Part shown: positions 8,500 through 16,144 of the stretch, piece by piece
Numbering within the stretch: position 1 is the first letter of the stretch
Layout: each line of letters starts with the position of its first letter
Source: Candidatus Multivoradales bacterium
GTDB lineage: Bacteria; Acidobacteriota; Thermoanaerobaculia; Multivoradales; JAHEKO01
Reading direction: 5' to 3'
Length of the DNA stretch: 64,000 nucleotides
Assembly: GCA_965223875.1 (NCBI GenBank)
Contig: OZ245024.1
Location: forward strand, 1,675,456-1,739,455
Translations under genes and position numbers: made by a program
The notes under the pieces: model-generated
Database searches by the model: none
Seen by the model: the letters and a program-made list of their open reading frames with translations, nothing else
What the model was told of the DNA's origin: nothing

Positions 8500-8784
8500 A
8501 TGCGCCGCTACCACCTCTACATTCTCACCAACCCATTCCGAACACTCTATGTCGGCGTCACCGGCAACCTGCGACTTCGCCTCGAGCAGCATCGTGCCGG
8601 CGAGGGATGTGAGTTCACGCGCCGGTATGGTGTGGACACGCTCGTCTACGCGGAGGAATACCTCTGGGTGCTCGATGCTCTGGAACGCGAAAAGCAGATC
8701 AAGCGCTGGAGACGGGCCAAGAAGGTGGCGTTGATCGTACGTGCGAACCCCGAGTGGGAAGATCTTGCGACGACGCTGTGGTAG
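8500..8784 (+). CDS. Stand-alone GIY-YIG nuclease (YhbQ/UPF0213-like)
   Basis: YHLYIL...LYVGVTGNL..R..QH, FT.RY....LVY.E and EREKQIK.W.R..K...I...NP.W.DL motifs; ATG at 8500. Confidence 0.93.
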   Translation: MRRYHLYILTNPFRTLYVGVTGNLRLRLEQHRAGEGCEFTRRYGVDTLVYAEEYLWVLDALEREKQIKRWRRAKKVALIVRANPEWEDLATTLW

Positions 8785-8799
8785 AGGTGAGGTCAGCGC

Positions 8800-8994
8800 G
8801 GGATCTCTCCACTTCGCGACCTACGGTCGCTACGGTCGAGATGACAATGGAAGCATCGGCCGGCAGTCGAGTCGGCGACCCGCTGGCGCCTTGTCATCCC
8901 GAGCGGAGCGAAGCGGAGTCGAGGGATCCCGCGACGACCTGACGGTGGTCGCCGGCATCCAGGCCGAGGAGGGATCTCTCCACTTCGCGACCTA
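8800..8994. repeat. Family-B palindromic repeats directly downstream of the GIY-YIG gene
   Basis: GGGATCTCTCCAC...GTCGAGATGACA (8800-8846), TGTCATCCCGAG...GAGGGATCCC (8892-8930), and a third copy from 8971 interrupted by IS630 (continues 10146-10169). Confidence 0.85.
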
Positions 8995-10143
8995 GTGTCC
9001 CGTGCGGCTAGTTTGTTTACACATGGGCCGACTTGGCTTTGTTGACGGCGTCGAGGATGGTCTGTGCCGATTTGGTCCACTGAAAGGGTTTGGCATTGCG
9101 CTGATTATGGATCTCGATGTAGCGCCGGATCGCGTGCTTGAGATCTTCGACGCTGGTGAAGACGCCGCGGTGGATCGCTCGCCGCTCAAGCTTGGAGAAC
9201 CAGGTTTCGACCGCGTTGAGCCACGACGCACTGGTGGGTGTGAAGTGAAAGTGGAAGCGCGGATGGTCGGACAAGAAGTGCTGGATGGCCTCTGTCTTGT
9301 GTGTGCTGCTGTTGTCCAAGATGAGATGGAGGTCGAGCTGCCGAGGCGTCGAGCGCTCAATTTGGTGCAGAAAGTCGAGAAACTCCTTTGCCCGGTGTCT
9401 CTGGGTGACCCGGCCGAGGACTTCCCCAGTCGCCACATTGAAGGCAGCGTAGAGACTCGTCGTTCCGTGCCGTTTGTAGTCGTGGGTTCGCCGCTCGATT
9501 TGACCAGGACGCATCGGCAGCATCGGCTGCGTACGATCCAGCGCCTGGATCTGGGTCTTCTCGTCCACCGACAAGACCATGGCATTGTCCGGCGGATTCA
9601 AGTACAGCCCGACGACATCGATCACCTTCTCGGCAAACTCGGGGTCGTTGCTGATCTTGAACGACTTGATCCGATGGGGCTTGAGGTCCGCCGCTGCCCA
9701 CACCTTGCGGACCTGCCACTGGCTCACCTCAGCGTACTCGGCCATCAGGCGGGTACTCCAGTGTGTGGCTTCCCGTGGAATACGCTGCGTCGTCAAGAAC
9801 AGAATCCGCTCCACGCTTTCCGGGTCGATCGTTGTCGGTCGTCCGGGTCGAGGCCGGTCCGTCAAGCCGGCGATGCCCTCCGCAGCATAGCGCCGCTTCC
9901 ACAGGTAGACCGTCGGTCGACTCACATGAAAGGTGCTCGCGATGCTCTGGATCGAGTGGCCCTCTTCGAGCGCCAGGACAATCCGTGCTCGCAACGTCTC
10001 TCCACTGCGCGCGGTCTTCGTCCGAAGCCATCGCTCGAGCTCCGCCCGATCCCGCTTCGCCAATCGAAACTCTTGATCTCCTGCCATGCCAGCAGTACAT
10101 CATGAACGCATCTGACTGTAAAGTTATTTACCGCACGGGACAC
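8995..10143 (-). mobile_element. IS630-family insertion sequence (1149 bp)
   Basis: 13-bp perfect TIR GTGTCCCGTGCGG / CCGCACGGGACAC; TA duplicated at 8993-8994 and 10144-10145 (CTAG target). Confidence 0.95.
9017..10087 (-). CDS. IS630-family DDE transposase
   Basis: N-terminal HTH with PRPGRP; SVDEK, LILDN and SWLNAVE catalytic triad; uninterrupted ORF. Confidence 0.96.
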   Translation of the reverse strand: MAGDQEFRLAKRDRAELERWLRTKTARSGETLRARIVLALEEGHSIQSIASTFHVSRPTVYLWKRRYAAEGIAGLTDRPRPGRPTTIDPESVERILFLTTQRIPREATHWSTRLMAEYAEVSQWQVRKVWAAADLKPHRIKSFKISNDPEFAEKVIDVVGLYLNPPDNAMVLSVDEKTQIQALDRTQPMLPMRPGQIERRTHDYKRHGTTSLYAAFNVATGEVLGRVTQRHRAKEFLDFLHQIERSTPRQLDLHLILDNSSTHKTEAIQHFLSDHPRFHFHFTPTSASWLNAVETWFSKLERRAIHRGVFTSVEDLKHAIRRYIEIHNQRNAKPFQWTKSAQTILDAVNKAKSAHV

Positions 10144-10170
10144 TAGCGGTCGCTACAGTCGAGATGACAC

Positions 10171-10956
10171 CTAGCGGGAGTATTCCTGGCGAATCGCCGT
10201 CACCCAGGCCCAGAGCTGGTCGAGCTGCTCGGGGGTGAGGGAGTCCTCGTAGGGAGGCATGGGTAGGGTCTGGCGGCTCCAGGCGCGACGGGTGAAGGGG
10301 TTGGCGAGGCGCTCCAGCTTGCCGGTCTCGACCCATTCGTCGAACTCGGCGCGGCTCTCGACCATGTGATCGAAGTTGCTCCCCACGAATCCCGGGATGA
10401 AGCCGCCGATCGAGCCGGGATTGGGCAGGCCGCCGGCGCCCTCGATGCCGTGGCACGAGAGGCAGCCCTGTTCGCGTGCGAGCTGCCGGCCGGCCTGGGC
10501 GACCTCGTCACCCGGGGCGGCCAGTCCCTCGACGGCGCTCGACCAGGCGGTGAGGTCGTCGATCTCCTCTTCGCTGAGACGGTCCTCGTAGGCCGGCATC
10601 CGGATCCGCTGCTCGGCCATGCGGGCGGAAACCTCGAGGTCGAAACGCCAGGACTCGGGCATGCCGTGACGGATGAACTGCTCGATCTCCTCCACCGACT
10701 CGGCGTACATCATCGCGTTGCCGGCCTCGAAGCGGGGCACGGACCCCCAGCGGCTTCCCGGATTGGGAATCTCGGTGCCCCGGTAGGGATCGTGGCAGGC
10801 CACGCAGCCCTGCTCCACCGACAACTGGCGCCCGCGCAGCAGAGGGTTCTGCTCCGAGTGCCAGAGCCAGCCCCTGAGGGCGAACGGGGCGGCCAGGGAG
10901 CAGACGGCGAGGAAGAGGACGAGGGCGAGGGCCAGGCGGAGTTTGGGGCGGGGCAT
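10171..10956 (-). CDS. Di-heme cytochrome c
   Basis: Two CXXCH motifs (CVACH, CLSCH), each followed by a distal MP methionine; N-terminal membrane/signal segment. Confidence 0.88.
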   Translation of the reverse strand: MPRPKLRLALALVLFLAVCSLAAPFALRGWLWHSEQNPLLRGRQLSVEQGCVACHDPYRGTEIPNPGSRWGSVPRFEAGNAMMYAESVEEIEQFIRHGMPESWRFDLEVSARMAEQRIRMPAYEDRLSEEEIDDLTAWSSAVEGLAAPGDEVAQAGRQLAREQGCLSCHGIEGAGGLPNPGSIGGFIPGFVGSNFDHMVESRAEFDEWVETGKLERLANPFTRRAWSRQTLPMPPYEDSLTPEQLDQLWAWVTAIRQEYSR

Positions 10957-11075
10957 GGGGGAAGATTACCCGTTTTGGAGGGAGCCTTCTCCCTGTCTGG
11001 ACCAGAACGAGCGATAGCGAGGCGTCTGTTCCCTGATACCTCGAACGGAGCGAGTGGTAGCGAGCCGTCGTTCCT

Positions 11076-11114
11076 TGTCATCTCGACCGGAGCGAGCGTT
11101 GGCGAGCGCAGTGG
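11076..11114. repeat. Family-B repeat, left part (interrupted by the IS1111 element; continues 12561-12569)
   Basis: TGTCATCTCGACCGG...GCAGTGG joined to AGAGATCCC after the IS recreates a full family-B unit. Confidence 0.85.
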
Positions 11115-11176
11115 AGGCAGGATGAAAGGGTGTCCCCCTCACGTTGGTGGAGTATCCACCAGAAAGGAGGAGGACA

Positions 11177-12211
11177 ATGTCGAAGGATCATTACGTTGGA
11201 TTGGATGTTCACCAGACGAGCACGAGCTATGCGGTCTTGGAAGGATCGGGTCGCTTGGTGGAAGAGGGCGTTCTGGCGACCGCTCCGGATCGTCTGGTGG
11301 GTTGGGTGAGCGGGCTGTGCGGTCGAGTGCACCTGACGTTCGAGGAGGGTCCGTACGCGGAGTGGCTCTACGAGCTGCTCGAGCCGCAGGTTGCCGAGCT
11401 CGTGGTGGCGAATCCACGGCGGCACGTCAGGACAGGCGAGGGCAAGAGCGATCGGGTGGATGCTCGGGACCTGGCCGAGCGTCTACGCGGCGGCTTTCTG
11501 GTGCCGGTGTACCACGACCGGGGACGTCTGCGGGATCTGCGTCATGGGGTCGATGCGTACCGGGACCTGGTGCGCGACAGTGTGCGTCTGCAGAATCGCC
11601 GCAACGCTCTGGCGCGGTCTCGGGGCCTGTCGGTGGACCAGCTACTGGCTGGAGCGTCGCTGGGCTGCTCGACAGCCGACCAGCGCTTCCGCTGGCTGAG
11701 CGACGAGCTTGCAGCTGTCGACGCGATCCAGGCCGAGGCCGAGCGGGTACTGAAGCGGGCGGCCCGGCGCTCGAGCGCCTGTCGCCTACTCCAGACGATC
11801 CCGGCGATCGGTCCGATCCGCTCGACGACGATCGTCGCCAAGCTACGCACCCCACATCGCTTCCGCACCCGGCGCCAGCTGTGGAAGTACGCCGGCTTGG
11901 CCGTCGTCACCCATTCCTCGAGCGACTACGTCGTTGGACCTCGGGGACTCGAACGACGCCACCGGCAGTCGACCCGGGGACTCAATCGTCACTACTGCCG
12001 AGCGCTCAAAGAAGTCTTCAAGTCAGCCGCCATCGACGCCTCCAGGCGCGGACCGCTACGCGATGCCTACGAGGCGAGGCTGGCCGAGGGCCAGCGACCC
12101 GAACTGGCGACACTGACCATCGCACGCAAGCTCGCGGGAACCTGCCTGGCGGTGTGGAAGAGCGGACAACCCTTCGACGCCGGCAGGCTCAGACAGCACC
12201 ACGCAACTTAG
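11177..12211 (+). CDS. IS110-family DEDD recombinase/transposase
   Basis: YVGLDVH, FEEG and KSDRVDA (DEDD); LLQTIPAIGPI, YAGL....SS and ARKL motifs; strong GGAGG SD before ATG 11177. Confidence 0.96.
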   Translation: MSKDHYVGLDVHQTSTSYAVLEGSGRLVEEGVLATAPDRLVGWVSGLCGRVHLTFEEGPYAEWLYELLEPQVAELVVANPRRHVRTGEGKSDRVDARDLAERLRGGFLVPVYHDRGRLRDLRHGVDAYRDLVRDSVRLQNRRNALARSRGLSVDQLLAGASLGCSTADQRFRWLSDELAAVDAIQAEAERVLKRAARRSSACRLLQTIPAIGPIRSTTIVAKLRTPHRFRTRRQLWKYAGLAVVTHSSSDYVVGPRGLERRHRQSTRGLNRHYCRALKEVFKSAAIDASRRGPLRDAYEARLAEGQRPELATLTIARKLAGTCLAVWKSGQPFDAGRLRQHHAT

Positions 12212-12267
12212 GCCGGGCCCGAAGCGGGGTCGCGCGGTCATCGATCGAAGCTCGACGAATACGGTTC

Positions 12268-12397
12268 GAGGGTGAGCCTCCATGGGATCTCTGGTCCAAG
12301 TGCCGGTCACGACACCAAGACCCTGAGTGGAGCCTAGGCCCCCTCCGTGAACCTGACTCTGCCATGGGCCCGAGAGCCCCAGATAGAAGCGTGGTTC
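12268..12397 (+). ncRNA. Putative bridge/seek RNA core (target-binding and donor-binding loops); the transcript is probably longer
   Basis: Stem GAGGGTGAGCCT/AGGCCCCCTC encloses GGGATCTCT and AGTGGAG (match the target site); stem GAACC/GGTTC encloses CTGCC and ATAGAAG (match the circle junction). Confidence 0.8.
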
Positions 12398-12540
12398 CTC
12401 TGAGAGAACACACAAACGCAGAGCCGGCTACGGCTTCGATCCTCACAAAGAACCATCACGCCCCGCCCCAAACCCGACCTAAACACTGCAAACGGGGGAT
12501 GCAAACCCAAGAGGGTATCCCCACAGGGGGAGTCTACCTC

Positions 12541-12546
12541 TTGACT
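12541..12546 (+). promoter_or_regulatory. Outward -35 box that could form a junction promoter on IS circularisation
   Basis: TTGACT near the right end; after joining the ends a 17-nt spacer places CAGGAT from the left end at -10. Confidence 0.45.
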
Positions 12547-12560
12547 TTGCCTTTCATAGA

Positions 12561-12716
12561 AGAGATCCCACCTCGGTGTGGGATCTCTCCACTACGGCTC
12601 GCTGCGCTCGCCTCCGGTCGAGATGACAAGGAGAAGGGCGGTGGCTGCGCTCGCCTCCGGTCGAGATGACAAGGAGAAGGGCGGTGGCAGCGCTCACCAC
12701 CGGTCGAGATGACAAG
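12561..12716. repeat. Family-B repeats plus three 43-bp tandem partial copies
   Basis: AGAGATCCC, inverted unit 12580-12628, and a 43-bp period starting at 12602, 12645 and 12688. Confidence 0.85.
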
Positions 12717-12728
12717 AACCGAAGCCAG

Positions 12729-12759
12729 AAAAGAAGGGAGGGGCCTCGCGGCCCCTCCC
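12729..12759 (-). terminator. Rho-independent terminator
   Basis: 10-bp stem GGGAGGGGCC/GGCCCCTCCC with a U-rich tail on the minus strand, 30 nt after the stop of 12789-13148. Confidence 0.75.
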
Positions 12760-12788
12760 GGGTCAGCTCCGTCGCGGACCGCGGCCGG

Positions 12789-13148
12789 TCAGCCGGCGGC
12801 CTTGGAGCCGGTAACCGTGACGATCTTCATACCGTCGCGCTCGGAGAGCTCGCCGGTGACCTCGGCCATCTCGCCGGCCAGGTCCTTGAGCGCCTCGTAG
12901 GGGGCGCCGTTCGAGTGGTTCGCGGCCAGCAGGACGACGGTACCGTCCTCGGCCAGCAGGCCCATCGGCTGGCCGCCCTTGACACAGCTCTTGGCGCAGC
13001 CGGCGTGGTCGGCGCCCTTGGCGCCCTGGTTGACGTAGCAGGCCAGGTCGAGGACCTCACCGGTCCAGGTGGCCTCCTCGGCCTGAGCCACCGGAGCCGC
13101 CATCACGGCGGCGGCCATCATGGCGAATGCGATCAGACGTCTGCTCAT
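12789..13148 (-). CDS. Small exported protein with a C...H..CA..C motif (OB-fold-like)
   Basis: Signal peptide, GGAGG SD, conserved-looking Cys/His pattern, downstream terminator. Confidence 0.8.
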   Translation of the reverse strand: MSRRLIAFAMMAAAVMAAPVAQAEEATWTGEVLDLACYVNQGAKGADHAGCAKSCVKGGQPMGLLAEDGTVVLLAANHSNGAPYEALKDLAGEMAEVTGELSERDGMKIVTVTGSKAAG

Positions 13149-13280
13149 TTCATTGCCTCCTGTCTCCCTCCATCCGCGAAGGGGCGCTCATCCTAGCACC
13201 GCGATCGTGCGGCGCGCGGGGTGTTTCCAGTTGATACGAACAAGCCGGGCGAGCAGATCTACGGCAGGATCGATCCGGGG

Positions 13281-15104
13281 TCAGCCGTCGAGATGGGCCA
13301 GGTCCGAGTCGCCCATCTCGACGTCCCGGGGGAAGTACTCGCGCCACCGCCGCGTCACCAGATCAGCCGTCTTCGGATCGCAGAAGAGCTCGGCCGGGAA
13401 GTCCGGATCGAGCCGCGCGTCGATCAGGATCGGCGGCTCGTAGGCGACGTGGTTGCGCACCACGCGGGCGCCGGCCGCGTGGATGTCGGCGCCGGGCTCG
13501 AACCGCGTGAACGTCGTCCAGAGGAAGTTCATCGGGCTGGCGGCGGCGCGTACCGCGTCGTCGGTGAGAACCACCAGCGGCCAGTCGGCGAACGCGGGAT
13601 CGGCGGCGAGGCGGGCACCGGCACCGGGCTCCTCAGCCGCCGAGGGTCCGTCGATGACCAGACAACCGCCGCAGAAGACGCGCACCGAGCGGACGCCCGC
13701 CGGCAGGCGCTCGGCCGAGAATTCGCGTGGCAGCTGCCTGCGCGCCTCGCCGAGCCCGAGCCAGACGCCCTTCGATCCCTCGTTGACCTTGGGTCCGGTG
13801 TAGTCGAGCGTGTCCATCGACAGGTTCGAGAGGACGAAGAGGTCGGTGGCGACGTCGGTGCGCTCGAGGAGGTGCTCGAGGACGGCCCGGAAATCGCGCA
13901 GATCGATCTGGCGATCGACGACGAGCAGGAACTTGGTCAGCGAGAGCTGCCCCTCTCCGAGGATGCGGAAGGCGCTCGCCATCGCCTCGCGGGCGTAGCG
14001 CTCGCGGACCACCGCTGCGGCGAGCGAGTGGTACCCGGTCTCGCCGTACGACCAGAGGTCCTCGACCCCCGGCATGACCAGCGGGAAAAGCGGCGAGAGC
14101 AGGTCCTGGAGCAGGTCGCCGATATAGAAGTCCTCCTGGCGCGGCTTGCCGACGACGGTGCCGGTGAGGATCGCGTCGCGGCGCCGGCAGAGGGCGTCGA
14201 CCTCGAAGACCGGGTAGTCGTGGGTCAGCGAGTAGTAGCCGTAGTGGTCTCCGAACGGTCCCTCGGGCCGCCGCGCGCCGGGCTCGACCCTGCCGACCAG
14301 AGCGAACTCGGCATCGGCGAGGATCGGCAGCGAGTCACCCAGCCGGGAGACGCCCAGCTTGCGCCCGGCGATGAGCGAGGCGAGCATGATCTCGGGGACG
14401 TTCTCGGGCAGCGGGGCGATCGCCGAGAGGATGATCGCGGGCGGGCCGCCGGTGGTGACGACCACGGGCAGGGCCTCGCCGCGCGCCTCGGCCGCGGCGT
14501 AGTGGAAACCGCCTCCCTTGCCGATCTGCCAGTGCATTCCGGTCGACCCGGCGTCGTGGATCTGCATGCGGTAGACCCCGAGGTTCGAGCCCCCGTCGTC
14601 CGGATGCTCGGTGTAGACCTGCGGCAGGGTCAGAAACGGTCCACCGTCCTGGGCCCAGGTGGTGAGAGCGGGAAGGCGGTCGAGCCCCACGCCCCCACCG
14701 TCGCCGCGACGGGTGACGACATCGAGCACCGGCGCCGAGCGTCGTGTCTTGGTGCCGATCCTGAGCAGGTCGCGGCCCAGTGAGCGGGCGCCCCAGAGTG
14801 TCCCGGCCGACGGCGGCATCGCGGTCCGCGCCAGCTCGACCAGGCTCTCGACGAGCTCGAGCGGGCGTTTCCCGAACGCGAGCTCGGCGCGTGCGGCGGT
14901 GCCGAAGAGATTGGTCGCCAGCGGGTAGTCCGCCCCCTCGATGTTGGTGAACAGAAGCGCCGGCCCTCCGGCCGCGATCACGCGTCGGTGGATCTCCGCC
15001 GCTTCGAGATGCGGATCGACCGGCGCGTCGATCTCGGCGAGGTCGCCCCGACGGCGCAGCTCGTCGAGGAAGGCGCGCAGATCGGGGAAGGTCGGTTGGC
15101 TCAA
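13281..15104 (-). CDS. UbiD-family (prFMN) decarboxylase, long form
   Basis: DLR.FL, GGPALLF, N.G.YR.Q, EGPFGDH.GYY and D.LDY motifs; start inferred at TTG 15104. Confidence 0.9.
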   Translation of the reverse strand: MSQPTFPDLRAFLDELRRRGDLAEIDAPVDPHLEAAEIHRRVIAAGGPALLFTNIEGADYPLATNLFGTAARAELAFGKRPLELVESLVELARTAMPPSAGTLWGARSLGRDLLRIGTKTRRSAPVLDVVTRRGDGGGVGLDRLPALTTWAQDGGPFLTLPQVYTEHPDDGGSNLGVYRMQIHDAGSTGMHWQIGKGGGFHYAAAEARGEALPVVVTTGGPPAIILSAIAPLPENVPEIMLASLIAGRKLGVSRLGDSLPILADAEFALVGRVEPGARRPEGPFGDHYGYYSLTHDYPVFEVDALCRRRDAILTGTVVGKPRQEDFYIGDLLQDLLSPLFPLVMPGVEDLWSYGETGYHSLAAAVVRERYAREAMASAFRILGEGQLSLTKFLLVVDRQIDLRDFRAVLEHLLERTDVATDLFVLSNLSMDTLDYTGPKVNEGSKGVWLGLGEARRQLPREFSAERLPAGVRSVRVFCGGCLVIDGPSAAEEPGAGARLAADPAFADWPLVVLTDDAVRAAASPMNFLWTTFTRFEPGADIHAAGARVVRNHVAYEPPILIDARLDPDFPAELFCDPKTADLVTRRWREYFPRDVEMGDSDLAHLDG

Positions 15105-15158
15105 GAGGGCTCCGGGACGGGACCCGAGAATATCCGACGGAAGCCGCGCGGCGCCCAC

Positions 15159-15234
15159 CTGAAGCGGCCGGCGTCCATGCCGGCCGTTGGTAGCCGATGG
15201 AGACAACGGCCGGCAGGGGCGCCGGCCGCTTCAG
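15159..15234. repeat. Family-A REP-like inverted pair
   Basis: CTGAAGCGGCCGGC...GCCGGCCG, spacer, CGGCCGGC...GCCGGCCGCTTCAG. Confidence 0.85.
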
Positions 15235-15311
15235 CCGGGGACGCGGCGAGCCCAGTACGCCAGCCAAGGGGCCGTGAGCCCGTACACTAGCAACCGGGTC
15301 TCTTCAGGCTC

Positions 15312-15998
15312 CTACCACGAGCACAGGTTCACGTCCCCGTCGGCACACTGCACCTGGTAGGCCTTCGCCAGCCAACCGACCAGGACCTGCCCGGCCTCCT
15401 CGGTCGAGCGGCCGAAGACGACGATGCCGTCCTCGTGGCCGCCCATGGCCAGGATGGGTCGCTCCGGGAGCACCGTCTGGCGGTAGAGACGCTGGACCTC
15501 CCAGGCCATCTCTGGAGTCCCGTACGGGACACGCTCCGAGGTCGTCGGCAGGCCCAGACGGTCCGCCTGGCTCCAGAGAACCGGCGAGTGGGCGTGGAGG
15601 ACGCAGCGGATGTGGGGTCCCAGGTCGTAGATGGCGCCGTGGGTCATCGATTCGGAGGAGGGCTCGGCGCACCCGTGGCTCCAGACCTTGTTGCGCGCGT
15701 AGTCGTAGCGGTCGACGACCGCGAAGTCGTCGAGCCCGATGCAGCGCCGTCCCGAGGTCTGGGTCCCGGTGATGAGGAAGGAGCGCTTGCCGAGCGGCGC
15801 CGAGGGTGGTCCGACCCGGGTCGAGACGTTGCCGTAGCCGGCGCCGTCGTAGCGCTCGGGATCCTGCCCGACGAGCCCGGTCAACGCCATCACCTCCCGC
15901 CAGGCGATCAGCCGACAGGCCAGCTCCCCCTCACGCCGTGGCTGGAGGGAGCGCCGCTCGTGCTCGGCGGCGAACTTGACGACACCCTCTCCGTACAT
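15312..15998 (-). CDS. Class II aldolase/adducin-family protein
   Basis: GNVS.R, PSSE..TH..IY, VLHAHS, YGT and GHEDG metal-binding motifs; ATG at 15998. Confidence 0.88.
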   Translation of the reverse strand: MYGEGVVKFAAEHERRSLQPRREGELACRLIAWREVMALTGLVGQDPERYDGAGYGNVSTRVGPPSAPLGKRSFLITGTQTSGRRCIGLDDFAVVDRYDYARNKVWSHGCAEPSSESMTHGAIYDLGPHIRCVLHAHSPVLWSQADRLGLPTTSERVPYGTPEMAWEVQRLYRQTVLPERPILAMGGHEDGIVVFGRSTEEAGQVLVGWLAKAYQVQCADGDVNLCSW

Positions 15999-16098
15999 CG
16001 GGCGAAGTCTACCCCGCGAGGGAGCGTGACGCCGGACGTTCCAGGTGGATGTGGTGGGCCGACCGGGGCGACGGCCGACACGGGTGACGGCGCGGGAC

Positions 16099-16126
16099 CT
16101 GAAGCGGCCGGCGTCCCTGCCGGCCG
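16099..16126. repeat. Family-A REP-like singlet
   Basis: CTGAAGCGGCCGGC-GTCCCT-GCCGGCCG. Confidence 0.8.
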
Positions 16127-16144
16127 TTCCGCTCCCGCCGCCGA

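Larger units (their letters stand above)
11115..12560 (+). mobile_element. IS110-family, IS1111-subgroup element (1446 bp)
   Basis: Sub-terminal IR ATGAAAGG (11122-11129) / CCTTTCAT (12550-12557), 7 and 3 nt from the ends; AG core at both junctions; long non-coding right end. Confidence 0.9.

Noticed and set aside
9002-10105. 367-aa plus-strand ORF
   Set aside because: Antisense shadow of the IS630 transposase
10366-12669. 767-aa plus-strand ORF spanning the IS110 element
   Set aside because: Crosses the cytochrome gene, repeat and IS boundaries; Arg/Gly/Pro-rich off-frame read in GC-rich DNA
12602-12716. Mini-CRISPR beside the IS110 element
   Set aside because: Intervening sequences are identical; this is a tandem duplication of a family-B repeat end
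13281-15104. UbiD as part of the archaeal anhydromevalonate route
   Set aside because: No aconitase-X dehydratase genes, four kb and several genes away from the cluster, and the cluster already has an MvaD-type decarboxylase; kept only as a low-interest note
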